Below, piece after piece: positions 7,830-19,263 of a DNA stretch of 64,000 bases. Every line of letters begins with the position of its first letter. The first letter of the stretch is position 1. The translations under genes and the position numbers were made by a program. The notes under the pieces were generated by a model, which was not told the DNA's origin, did no database searches, and saw nothing but the letters and a program-made list of their open reading frames with translations. Source of the DNA: Basidiobolus meristosporus CBS 931.73 (lineage: Eukaryota; Fungi; Basidiobolomycota); the NCBI GenBank assembly GCA_002104905.1, contig MCFE01000356.1:1-64000 (forward strand), read 5' to 3'.

Positions 7830-8815
7830 AATTCAACCAGAGCTCTGCCTTGTTGAGAAGTCAGTGGCTTCCAGGAAGTGGTAGTGTAGATTTAAGTAGC
7901 TCAAATTCTACTTCAGGTCCAAGACTAATATTTGTTGTCAATTTCCTTTTCAAACTCAACTCATTTTTCAGCACTGCTCTTACCATTAGTTTATTGTATA
8001 TGTATTTACTATGTACTATTGGAACAATTGTGCATGCATCTGGTCAAAAGGTATTACTAACTATATCTGAATCAATAAAAGAGTTTAAGCCCCTGACCCT
8101 AACCCCAAGCTTGTAACTATAACCAAATATTTACCAATTAAGTTTTGTAGATAATTGCCTATAAATCTCCACAAATTTCAACCAAATTTCCTGTCAGGAT
8201 TTACACAGAATAATTTCACCAAAGTATCATGAACCCAGAGCATGAAGCTTCTCCAAGTTGTCCAAACAGCTCCAAACTTTGCATACATGCTCTCAAGACC
8301 TTCCTAAAATTATTCTACATGTGTGCTTTGCCAAAACATGTAAAATCATCAAGTAAAAACCACATAATCTACTTCTTCTCCCAATCACTTCCAATATATC
8401 CATAGCTCTTACAATAAGTGCAACTTATATAGTCATCAATTCTCTTAAGTATGAGAAAACAGATAATATCTCAGCTGCAAGGGATTGTTAGCATTGTTCA
8501 TGTTGAACCATGCTTTCCACTACCAATCTTAGTCAGACAATGAAAATAAATATGTAAATAAATGGCATCCAGGCAAAGGATAGAATCAGCATTAAATATG
8601 TCAAAGGCAATGAGAAGGGCACCAACATTCATATGTATCAATACAGACAGTTGCCATACATCATTGACATAATATCTATATTTGTTTCAGCAATTATATC
8701 GCAAAAATCACAGCTTAAATAATTTACAACATAGATTTATTGAAAGATTAATATTAAGTGTTGGAATATTGATTATTAGTATTGATTAGGATGCTAATTA
8801 GGGGCGTTCATTGAA

Positions 8816-10676
8816 TCACTCGGTCACTGAATTGCGCTTCTGCATCCTGATGTATTTGATTCCCAAGCTGAATAGGAATAGTAATCCAGACATCCCAATG
8901 GCGATATAAAAGATGGTACGTAAGACATGAACATACACCCCCATAACGGCTAGTCGTTCTTCTGCGGGCAGGGTGTCCATGAATTGGAAGCTATTCGTCG
9001 CCTCCTGCATCGGGATATTGTAGCTTAACTTGGACAGTCCAGAGACCAGCTGGTTGTTGTATATTGAGCCGCAAATGGCGATTCCTAACACTCCACCAAC
9101 CGAGCGGAAGAAGGACGACATTGTTGTCACTACTCCCATATCTTTAGAAGACACTTCTGATTGGGCAGCCAGGATCAATGTTTGAATGCAACAACCAGCT
9201 CCAGCTCCCACGACGATCAAGAAGCCAATTTGCTCCCCATGGCTTGTGTTGGCATTCCAAATGGTCAGCAATCCCACACCCACCGTCATGACTGCTGAGC
9301 CGACCCAACACCAGACGACGATCACCCCGGTCTTCGAGATGAAAAATCCGGAGACAATACTGAATAGTGAAGCGGAAAGCAGCATGGGCAGCATCTGGAG
9401 CCCTGAAGTGGTGGCAGAATCCCCACGAACAACCTGGAAGTACATTGGGACGTAGTATACCAATCCAAAGAATGCCATACCAAAGAAGAACTGGGCGATG
9501 AAGGAGAACAGCGGATTACGCATGCCAAACAATCGACAAGGGATGATTGGCTCGGCTGCAAATCGGTACTCCACTACGATAAATGCTACCAAGAGCACCC
9601 CCGAAACACAGTAAAGAGATATGATTCTTGGTGAGCTCCAGGGATAATCTCCACCTCCCCATTCGGTGGGCAATAAGAGAGTGATGATGCATGCCAGAAG
9701 CAGCGCCGTCCCGAGGAAATCGATTCTTCGGATCTTTTCCTTGAAAGAGCCTGTCGGCGTGGGAAGTCGCAGGAACAGAGAGACGATAACTACGGTAAGC
9801 GCACCGATTGGCAAGTTGACGTAGAAAGACCACCTACAGAAACAGATGTTAGTCAGCCACCCATCAAGAGTGAGGTGATGGAATCAGGGTTACCTCCAAG
9901 TAGTGTCATCCGTAAAGATACCACCGAGCAATGGGCCCAGAACAGATGCGATACCGAACTGCAGATTCAACAAGGTTTAGAAAAGCGAGATAATTAACTG
10001 TCAGCAGCTCCTTTGACTTACTGTAGCGCCGATGAACCCTTGGTACTTCCCGCGCTCACGCAGCGGGACAATCTCGGTGATAATGATAAAGACCATGCCC
10101 TCAACTGAAAAAAGTGCGGGTTAGATGGGTGTTGAAGGTTCCAGGTGGGAGGGGAAAATACTCACTGCCTCCACCCCCGATTCCTGAGATCGCTCTTGAC
10201 ACAATCAGCATGGTCATGCTCTTTGAAGCCCCGCACAGTGCGCTGCCCACCTCAAAGATGATAATGGCGAAGAGAAATACTATTTTACGTCCAAAGATAT
10301 CCGAAAACTAGCCCAACTGGTTAGTACCATGAAATATGTTGCCCTGTATGGGGGAACTCACCTTTCCGTAGAGAGGCTGGCAAGCTGTGGCAGTCAACAT
10401 GTAGGCAGTGGCCACCCAAGCGACCTGGTTTACTGCGCCAAAATCCGATGCTATTTTGGGCAGAGCGGTGGCTACGATTGTCTGATCAAGACCGGCCAAA
10501 AGGACGGCCATTGCCAGGCCCAGAAAAACCAATAGCAGCTTTCCAAATGGTAGAATCGCTGGATCATCCACCTCCAGTTCTGGTTTAGATGTGTTCTTTT
10601 CTAAATCTTCCAGCTCCAAGGGGCCTGAGGGATCTGATTGTTTCTCAGCTAAGATGGTAGTAGGTTCGTTCCGCAT
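8816..10676 (-). CDS. MFS drug:H+ antiporter (14-TMS DHA2/DHA14 type), copy 1, spliced
   Basis: LAGLDQTIVATALPKIASDF, WVATAYMLT..QPLYGK, SFFRSVGGVLGIA; many hydrophobic helices; four GT-AG introns. Confidence 0.92.
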
Positions 10677-11967
10677 TGTATGTTGGTGCTATTAACCCAA
10701 ATCACTTGTTTATAAAGTGATGCGCATTATTCTGCAGATCTAACAAGCCACGGAAATTCGGCTCTATTCAGATATTCCAAGGTTAGAGCAAGCCCAGTGT
10801 ACCAAGCATATGTCAAAGCGTTCCTTCCACCAGAAGAGAGAGAGTTTTTGCATCATTGGGACATCGAAAAGAGCGATTATCTTTTGATTAGATCTAGATG
10901 CATTCTCGGTAATCTCCCTCATTTGGCCGGAATTCTACCTTTGGTTGGAGAATAGTAGAAATGTCAGTTGTTGATTGGGCTTTAGAAGTTGCTGACCAAA
11001 TCAGGAGCATTTCCAACCATGGATTGACCAATTCCTGCTTCACAGTTTCACGTCACTATCTAGATTCTATACCGGAATATCGGGCGGGTTTGAAAGGCGG
11101 AACAATGGATCGTGGTTTGAATTCGGGGGTAAGAGGTATCGATGAATAAGGCATACAGCGAAACATGGTGCTGACCGATATGGACTAAACAAACAAAAAT
11201 CATGTGAAATTGAACGTTTAGGCTTTTTCGGTCATCAAGTTGATCCATCAACCGTAAGGTTGGTGTAGACAGAAGACGGTTTAGGAGGTCCTACTGGACG
11301 ATGTTGTATGCTGAGCTAATAATTCGACAGTGTATATGCTGAGGATGCAAGAGACCAATGGACCATAGAAGGGCAGCTGACTCCTTCAAAGCACTTGGTG
11401 GAGTGGTTGTGACGCAACGCAGGGCAAGGATTTTTATCTCAGATGGCATACCAATCTTATGACAAACTGGAAGACAGGCGGGTTATTCTTCGAAGACCTT
11501 AGTCATGGGGACCCTTAGGAGCAGCGGTTGAAGAGTACTGATAGAATTGGGCCCCTAATATGCTGCCATGGAATACACCCACTTATTAAGAAGTCTCCAG
11601 TATCATTATTTGGGATCACTGAAATAGTTCTGTTGGCTATTTCTGGCATTCAAGCGATTTTTGTACTTGTCATCAAGTTCAAGGTGTTAATGGACATGTA
11701 CTGTACAAAGGGTTAATTACGAAGAGTGTATTTTCGAAAGTGGGCAATTTTCTATGTAGATCCAAATCACTTTAGCCGTAGATTGGATCATTTGTTCATT
11801 AACTGAACGGCGCAAACCATAATGATTATGGCGGAAGAAATTAGAGTGGGTGAAGATTCAGTTTATGGTACGATTTAAGGTAAAAATACAAGAGTGCTAA
11901 AATATTGCAAAGTAGACGGGCTATGGACTAAAATCAATGGGTCTTTCTCGACACGAAATACTTCATT

Positions 11968-13805
11968 TTACGCAGAAGCCAAATTACGCCTCTGCATCTT
12001 GACGTACTTGATTCCCAAGGTGAAAAGGAATGCCAACCCAGACATCCCGACAGCTATGAAGAAGATGGTACGCAAGACATGGACATACACGCCCATCACT
12101 GCTAGTCGCTCTTCTGCCGGTAGTGTGTCCATGAATTGGAAGCTGTTGGTCGCTTCCTTGATTGGGATATCATAGCTCAGCTTTGACAATCCAGTGATTA
12201 GTTGGTTGTTGAAGACTGAGCCGAAAATGGCGATGCCCAGTACTCCGCCAATCGAGCGAAAGAAGGACGACATTGCTGTAACAACCCCCATATCTTGATG
12301 AGACACCGCTGATTGGCCTGCTAGGATTAAAGTTTGGATGACGCAACCAGCTCCGGTCCCCACGATCACCAAAAAGCCAATTTGTTCTCCATGCCCAGTG
12401 TTGGCATTCCAAATAGTCAACAGTCCCACACCCACGGTCATGATTGCTGAGCCGACCCAACACCAGATGACAGTCACACCAGTCTTGGAAATGATGACTC
12501 CGGAGATAATACTGAATGCCGAAGCAGAAAGCAACATGGGTAACATCTCGAGGCCTGAGGTGGTGGCGGAATCCCCACGGACAATCTGGAAGTACAGTGG
12601 GATGTAATACAGTAATCCAAAGAATGCCATGCCAAAGAAGAGCTGGGCGATGAATGAGAACAGCGGGTTACGCATACCAAACAACCGACAGGGGACGATT
12701 GGTTCCGCTGCAAATCGGTACTCCACTACGATAAATCCAACCAAGAGTGCCCCCGAAACACAGTAAAGAGATATGATTCTTGGGGAGTTCCAGGGGTAAT
12801 CTTCACCTCCCCATTCAGTTGGCAACAAGAGAGTAATGATGAATCCTAGAAGCAGTGCCGTCCCGAGGAAATCGATTCTCCGGATCTTTTCCTTGAGGGA
12901 GCCTTTGGGCGTAGGAAGTTGAAGGAACAGAGAGACGATGACTATGGTAAGAGCGCCGAATGGCAAATTGATGTAGAAAGACCACCTGTGAGGTGAATGT
13001 TAGCCAGCAATGCGAAGAACGAGATTGAAGGAATCAAGAATACCTCCATGTGGTGTCATCTGTGAAAATACCACCCAGCAATGGGCCCAGAACAGATGCA
13101 ATACCGTACTGCAGAGGATTAGTACCAGTTACTGTGATCAACCATCAACAAGCCCTTGGACTTACCGTGGCGCCGATGAACCCTTGGTACTTCCCGCGCT
13201 CACGCAGCGGGACAATCTCAGTGATAATGATAAAGACCATGCCCTCAACTGAAAAAAGTGCGGGTTAGATGGGTGTTGAAGGTTCCAGGTGGGAGGGGAA
13301 AATACTCACTGCCTCCACCCCCGATTCCTGAGACCGCTCTTGACACAATCAGCATGGTCATGCTCTTTGAAGCCCCGCACAGTGCGCTGCCCACTTCGAA
13401 GATTACAATGGCGAAGAGAAATACTATTTTGCGTCCAAAGATATCCGAAAACTAGCCCAACTGGTTAGTACCATGAAATATTTTGCCCTGTATGGGGAAA
13501 CTCACCTTTCCGTAGAGAGGCTGGCAAGCTGTGGCAGTCAACATGTAGGCAGTGGCCACCCAAGCGACCTGGTTTACTGCGCCAAAATCCGATGCGATTT
13601 TGGGCAGAGCGGTGGCCACAATTGTCTGATCAAGACCGGCCAAAAGGATGGCCATAGCAAGGCCAGTAAAGACTAACATTAGCTTTCCAAAAGGTAGAAG
13701 GGCAGGACCGTCCATCTCGAGATCCGGCTTAGATAGACTTTTTTCCAAGTCCTCTGAAAGGTTTGGCTGCTTCTCAGCTAAGATGGTAGTAGGTTCGTTC
13801 CGCAT
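11968..13805 (-). CDS. MFS drug:H+ antiporter (DHA2/DHA14 type), copy 2, tandem paralog
   Basis: Same motifs and intron positions as copy 1; both start MRNEPTTILAEKQ. Confidence 0.92.
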
Positions 13806-16414
13806 TGTATGTTGAAAATGTTGACCCAAACATCTTGTTTATATAGAGACGCAACAGGGAACAAGAAGGAATGGGCATTATTCAGCAACTCTAATAAGCT
13901 ATGGTTAGATATACCAATGTTGGACTACACTTCTATCATTTTGAAAAGAATGTGTTCCGAATTAGAGCCAGAAGCATCCTCGATAATTTTCTTCATTTGG
14001 TAGGAAGCCTATTTGGGATTAGTTCTGGTGTCAGTGCTCAATGGTATGTTACGGATTTCAGACTGCGGATCCAATCAGCGACGATCCTGATTGACGGTTT
14101 TGGAACCGGATATCGGGTAGATATGAAATGCGGGACGACGGATCTTGGTCCGAAAATTAGGGTTATCTACGAAACAAGGTGTTAACCAGTTTGGATTAAA
14201 CTAACAAAAATCGTGTCAAGTTGAATGCTTAAACTCTAGATACCCGTGGCTACCATAGCCTGCAACATTACCACACGTGTTAGCGGAAGGTAGCCGGTGA
14301 AGTGTGGTTCTCTAGCTGTGGTGGAAAGCCATGCTCCTTTGCACTAGTTTCATACCCGTCTTTGGGTAGCGTTCGACTTGATATGCAATGGCATTTATGA
14401 AAGGGCCCACCACGCAATATAAAACGTTTGTTTTGTGCACACATGAGGTTGTTGACTTCAATCGGCATACAAAAGCAAATTTTACCTCTGATCGTACATG
14501 CTATCATCCCATCTGGGATAAGCTGTGGCAAGGATGTAATATGGCATATATCCCGACGACTACTCCTTCTGCACTGTTAACAAGTAATTTAAACACCAGA
14601 TGTCAAAAAAAGACTTTGAAATCTTAGTAGCTGGACTTCATACTTTACCTAGAGGTAGTTTATATAAATGCTACATATTTTAATGCTGAAATATAGATTC
14701 GAGTCATTTTTCAAACTTGACAGTTTTATTTAAGTTTAGTAGTTATTAGAGTCTTCGAGATAATGTAAGTGATTAGGAGAGCAATTGGATTGTGTACACT
14801 TCACTTCATGATTCATTAAAAGTAGAAGTGGTATATATATTTTAAATGTACTTTACAACCAGACAGGTATGATATGCTTAGGAAGATTGCAAAAGCATGT
14901 GTGCACAGCTTGTATGCTTCTGGATAACCTTGAGACTTCTTATATTCAGGGTACTTGATATTTTGGCAAAACTATTAAATTCAACAAGGAATTAGGCAAG
15001 AAATATTTAGTCTCATAATCTGTGATCCAGATGACTAAACTAATGAGATATTTATGTGCAAATAAAGAATTTACAATATCTACTTACTGCTGAGTTGGTT
15101 GCAAAACTCCGAGGAGTATTAGAAGTGATTTGTAGAACTAGAGGAATTGCGCGAGATTCACTTGTTTAACTGCGCTCCAATAAAATATTTATTCATTTTT
15201 GAGAGCTTCATAGAAATCGTAATACAGTATCTTAAGAAAGGTCCCAGAAAACTGTGCGCAAGGTCCGGGGGCTTTTGAACGAGTTTGAAATGCTGATAAC
15301 TTTTAGGCCTTCACTAATTCTAAGAATTATCTCATATTTTACGCACTAAACCTTGGGTAAATGTTTTTATAGCTTATCAATAAGCTAAATAGAATCTAAA
15401 GGTATATGAATGGTTTAGGTGTAAGCTGAATATTTACATGATTTTGGGCAATATTGAGATTAGTTTGCACATTCTGATAACTTCCAGAACTGTGGTTGTT
15501 CAGAGAATAACTATCATCATACCAATTCAATTAAATGTATTTAGCTCATGATTTAGCAATTAGCCCAAGAGGAAGCTCAAGATATACTGGGCATTTAGCT
15601 GTAAAGTTAAATCATTTCAAATTTCTCTTCACTGACAGTTTAGAAAGTTGAATTTAGATAATATTTACTCGCTCTACAGCTTGAAGTGCAAGCGCTTTAC
15701 ACAAGCCCTCATAAGGATATCATCATGCCAATATGTTGGATCACACTAGTGATCCATTCTTCATAGCAATGGATGATGTCTACCACTACAGCCAGAAGGC
15801 ACATGTCTCTCCACAATCTTACTTTTATCAGGATGGCTATTTAAATGTAGATGGTGGTGTACAAGTAGTGAAGAAATTGGAAGTGATTGGGAGAATAGGC
15901 AGTTTTCACTTAATGACTTATTGAATGTAAAAGTGGTACTTATACTTTTACATAGTCCTGGCAAAACAACCATGTAGAATAAGTTTATGAAGGTCCCAAG
16001 AACATGTGTGCAATTTTTATAATTCAATGATTCTGATAATATCTGAGCTGAATCCTAAACAAATGTTGACAGAAGTGCTGGCAAAGTCATACTTGGCTAT
16101 CCAACTTCACTACATGAGTGAATATAAATGGAAAGTGTTTTTGATGCTCCAACATTGATATTTTCTTTCAAACAGGTATTTGCAATATTCAAGGCTGATC
16201 GCGTGCCAGGAATGAAATACTGGATCTTCTCACCATCATCCGCAAATTTCATCCTGATCAATGCTTACCATGTATGGCAATTCGAGTGATTTCGCTAGTA
16301 CCAGGCCAGGAGAATTTTCCAGAGAAGCTTAGTCAGCGAATTATCAAGCAATATTTCATATATAAAGCCCCTGTGGTGCAACAGTCAATGAACAACTTTT
16401 CATAAGCATTAAGC

Positions 16415-17593
16415 ATGACCATAACTCCACAGAGTGGCACCCAGTATATTCAACTGGCTGATCCTACCCCTGGCACAGCGATGCCTACACATCAAGGGCC
16501 AATTCCTGGACTCTTTAAGCCGCTGACCATTCGAAACGTCACACTGAAGAACCGTATTGCAGTCGCACCTATGTGCACTTACAGTGCCTCGGACGGTTTC
16601 ATGAATGACTTCCATCTAGTACACCTAGGTCAATATGCCACTTACGGCGTTGGGTTGATTATAGTGGAAGCAACAGCTGTTCTTCCCAATGGAAGAATCA
16701 CACCCAATTGTGCTGGTTTGTGGAAAGATGAGCATATGGTGCAAATGAAAAGGATTGTAGACTACATTCACGGAGCAGGCTCAACGGCTGGTATCCAGAT
16801 CGGCCATGCAGGCCGGAAAGCATCCACTCCACCACCATTTGTTGTCAACAAATCTGATAGGGCGACGCTCACAGAAGCCGAAGGCGGTTGGGACGACCTT
16901 TGGGCACCCTCCCCCATTGGTTGGGATGATGGATGGGCAGTTCCTCACGAGATGGCATTAAAAGATATTGCTTTCGTTAAGCAGGCATTTGTTGACGCGG
17001 CTATTCGCGCGGACAAGATCGGCTACGATGTTCTTGAGATCCATGGAGCTCACGGCTATTTAATTAGCGAGTTTTTATCTCCATTAAGCAACCAGCGAAC
17101 TGATCAGTACGGTGGTAGCTTTGAAAATCGTATACGCCTTGCCGTCGAGATCATTGAGGCGGTTCGACAAGTGTGGCCAGCTGAGAAGCCCTTGTTCTTC
17201 CGTATCTCGTCATATGAATGGGTTGAAGGTGGTTGGTCAGCAGAAGATACTGTTGAATTTGCAAAAAAGATCCATCCTCTTGGCGTTGATCTTCTTGACT
17301 GCTCAACAGGAGGCAACAGCTCGGCACAGAAAATCGCAGCAAAGCCAGGATTTCAAGTTCCGTATGCCGAAAAGGTGAAGCATGAAGTTCCTGGGATACT
17401 CACTGGTGCAGTGGGCCTGATAACAAAGGCAGCTCAAGCTAACTCGATCGTGGAAAGCGATCGAGCTGATTTGGTACTCCTGGGCAGAGAGTTCCTTAGG
17501 AACCCGACCTGGACACTCCAGGCTGCCCAGGAATTGGGAGTGGATGTCAACTGGCCTGCCCAATATGGCTATTGCTCTAAACCTCGTCACTGA
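16415..17593 (+). CDS. NADH:flavin oxidoreductase / old yellow enzyme (YqjM-like class)
   Basis: LKNRIAVAPMCTYSA, GLIIVEATAV, GIQIGHAGRKAS, EIHGAHGYLISEFLSPLSNQRTDQYGGSFENR; intronless, 392 aa. Confidence 0.95.
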   Translation: MTITPQSGTQYIQLADPTPGTAMPTHQGPIPGLFKPLTIRNVTLKNRIAVAPMCTYSASDGFMNDFHLVHLGQYATYGVGLIIVEATAVLPNGRITPNCAGLWKDEHMVQMKRIVDYIHGAGSTAGIQIGHAGRKASTPPPFVVNKSDRATLTEAEGGWDDLWAPSPIGWDDGWAVPHEMALKDIAFVKQAFVDAAIRADKIGYDVLEIHGAHGYLISEFLSPLSNQRTDQYGGSFENRIRLAVEIIEAVRQVWPAEKPLFFRISSYEWVEGGWSAEDTVEFAKKIHPLGVDLLDCSTGGNSSAQKIAAKPGFQVPYAEKVKHEVPGILTGAVGLITKAAQANSIVESDRADLVLLGREFLRNPTWTLQAAQELGVDVNWPAQYGYCSKPRH

Positions 17594-18064
17594 ACAAATT
17601 AATAGAACATACAATAATAAATATTATCTCACTTCGCAGATCCATGGTATTAGTTGTTATTGGATTAGTTTCGAAAGGGCACATTCTCTTATACTATATA
17701 ACGCTGTCAGATTTCAATCGCCTCCATATCTCATGCATAGCATTGTACAGTCCAATAGAACTAAGCATGATTATAAATAGAGATCATTCTATTACACATG
17801 CTACTATTCACTGGCGTGGGGTACTTTATGAACAATGATGCCTCTTTCCCTAAGTAAACCAAGATACACCCTAATATGATAGCTATATAGATAGAATTAG
17901 CGTGGTAAAACCTCAAATCCATTGCGATTGTCCTACTACTGCCAATTATTGCTGATCAAGCAAGTGTTGTCCTCCATACATACATGATTGAAATGCCACT
18001 AACATCAAGTACACTCGGTTATATTTGAATGCGTTTATGCTTTTGGTAAAATAGGATATGATCA

Positions 18065-18814
18065 TTAACAAAATTGTACGGTATAATCTCCACTGCATGA
18101 AAACATAGATGTAGCATCATCATAAGCATAGCTGTAACATCCCGGACAGGCATCCTTAAAGAGTTGAGAATACATGGATGGAGCGCAGGTTTGAGGAGAA
18201 TTGTGTGCACCAGTGCAGCAATGCTCGTCGGTACCAAGAGCAACACATGCCGAATGGCAACCTACCACCTCACCCTTGGAGTTATGCTTTTGCAGCTCTG
18301 GTGGGCAAAGTGGATTGATATCTTTCTTCACGGAAGGAATACCACAGTCATATGGATTGTTGCTACTTGAGGAAGTGTGCGGCCGAATAGTGACAGGTAG
18401 GTTATACCCATCTACCAAGGAAACGTCGTAGTAATCAAGATCGCTCCAGCCGTCAAACTTGAATTCTGCTAGGGAAGCTGGTGTTTGACCAGATAGAGCA
18501 TTACAATACTTCATTCCAGAGCCGCAATCACCTGTAGCACACGTTTGACCCGCTCCCCAGTTGCATTCGGTACGGCCCCAAAAGCGGCCTTGCCAACCTC
18601 TCATAACGGCAAGTGTATACGATCCACCACTTGGGATCAGACCACCATCCGATGGTAGCGGAGAATTTGCCCAAGTCGATGACGAAGCTAGCCACACATT
18701 ATGGGAACACTTATTGACAAACTCAACATGGTGAACCTCCTTTGGCTGGTCAACAGGAGCAGAATAGGCGGCAGTAGCCATGAGCAATGCAGTAAAATAA
18801 CATTTAGACAGCAT
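18065..18814 (-). CDS. Secreted thaumatin-like (PR-5) protein
   Basis: Signal peptide from ATG 18814; WQGRFWGRTEC, CATGDC, LAEF, DYYDVSLVDGYNLP, CYSYAYDD; Cys-rich. Confidence 0.95.
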   Translation of the reverse strand: MLSKCYFTALLMATAAYSAPVDQPKEVHHVEFVNKCSHNVWLASSSTWANSPLPSDGGLIPSGGSYTLAVMRGWQGRFWGRTECNWGAGQTCATGDCGSGMKYCNALSGQTPASLAEFKFDGWSDLDYYDVSLVDGYNLPVTIRPHTSSSSNNPYDCGIPSVKKDINPLCPPELQKHNSKGEVVGCHSACVALGTDEHCCTGAHNSPQTCAPSMYSQLFKDACPGCYSYAYDDATSMFSCSGDYTVQFC

Positions 18815-19263
18815 TGTTGGAGTAATGATAAGCTTGGGATACTTGAGCACATCATTTATAAACTGGGCTTGCTTATCGGCTGGTCCCTAAATGGTAAGTA
18901 CTGGCAAATAAGTGATTAATAGAGTAGAATTAAGATTCTTACTAATACAGCGATTCCCTGACCATTTGTGACTCAACATTCCACCTGGATCGCGGTACTT
19001 TAAATCGCGTTTTAGTGGAACTGTACATTGGAGAGGTACAATGACTGCAATATGCACAATCGTGATGTTAATTTATCCTTCCCGGTATTCATGTAGACTT
19101 GGGTAACTTACAAATTGGTAGTTGATCACATTCCCGAATTTGGGTCATGCGTTATAGAAACGGTTTCGCGATTTTGACGTGTTTATTACCCAGGAATAAA
19201 CATGAAGGAAAGACAAATTACAATATCAAGAATAGACAAAAACAATCATTTAACAATCCGAAT

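Larger units (their letters stand above)
5434..8106 (+). mobile_element. Head-to-tail array of 5'-truncated non-LTR retroelement units with telomere-like 3' tails
   Basis: Five copies of AAATAAAGATTTCACC-N4-6-GGTGACT(T/G)T-C-rich tail start at 5493, 7162, 7237, 7679 and 7787. Four tails contain CCCTAA; the fourth is the variant CTCCTGTAACC. A sixth segment ends AATAAAA...CCCTGACCCTAACCCC at 8106. RT coding sequence lies between modules 1 and 2. Confidence 0.85.

Noticed and set aside
4785-8106. A true chromosome end or long interstitial telomere tract
   Set aside because: At most two consecutive CCCTAA units occur anywhere, and sequence continues on both sides.
15733-15924. Short ORF in the AT-rich 14.3-16.3 kb gap
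   Set aside because: No ATG-based gene structure or family motif; probably a repeat relic.
16415-17593. Bacterial horizontal transfer of the intronless old yellow enzyme
   Set aside because: Its N-terminal extension (..PTPGTA..P.LF.PL.IR) looks like fungal YqjM-class OYEs. Lack of introns alone is insufficient; a phylogeny would be needed.
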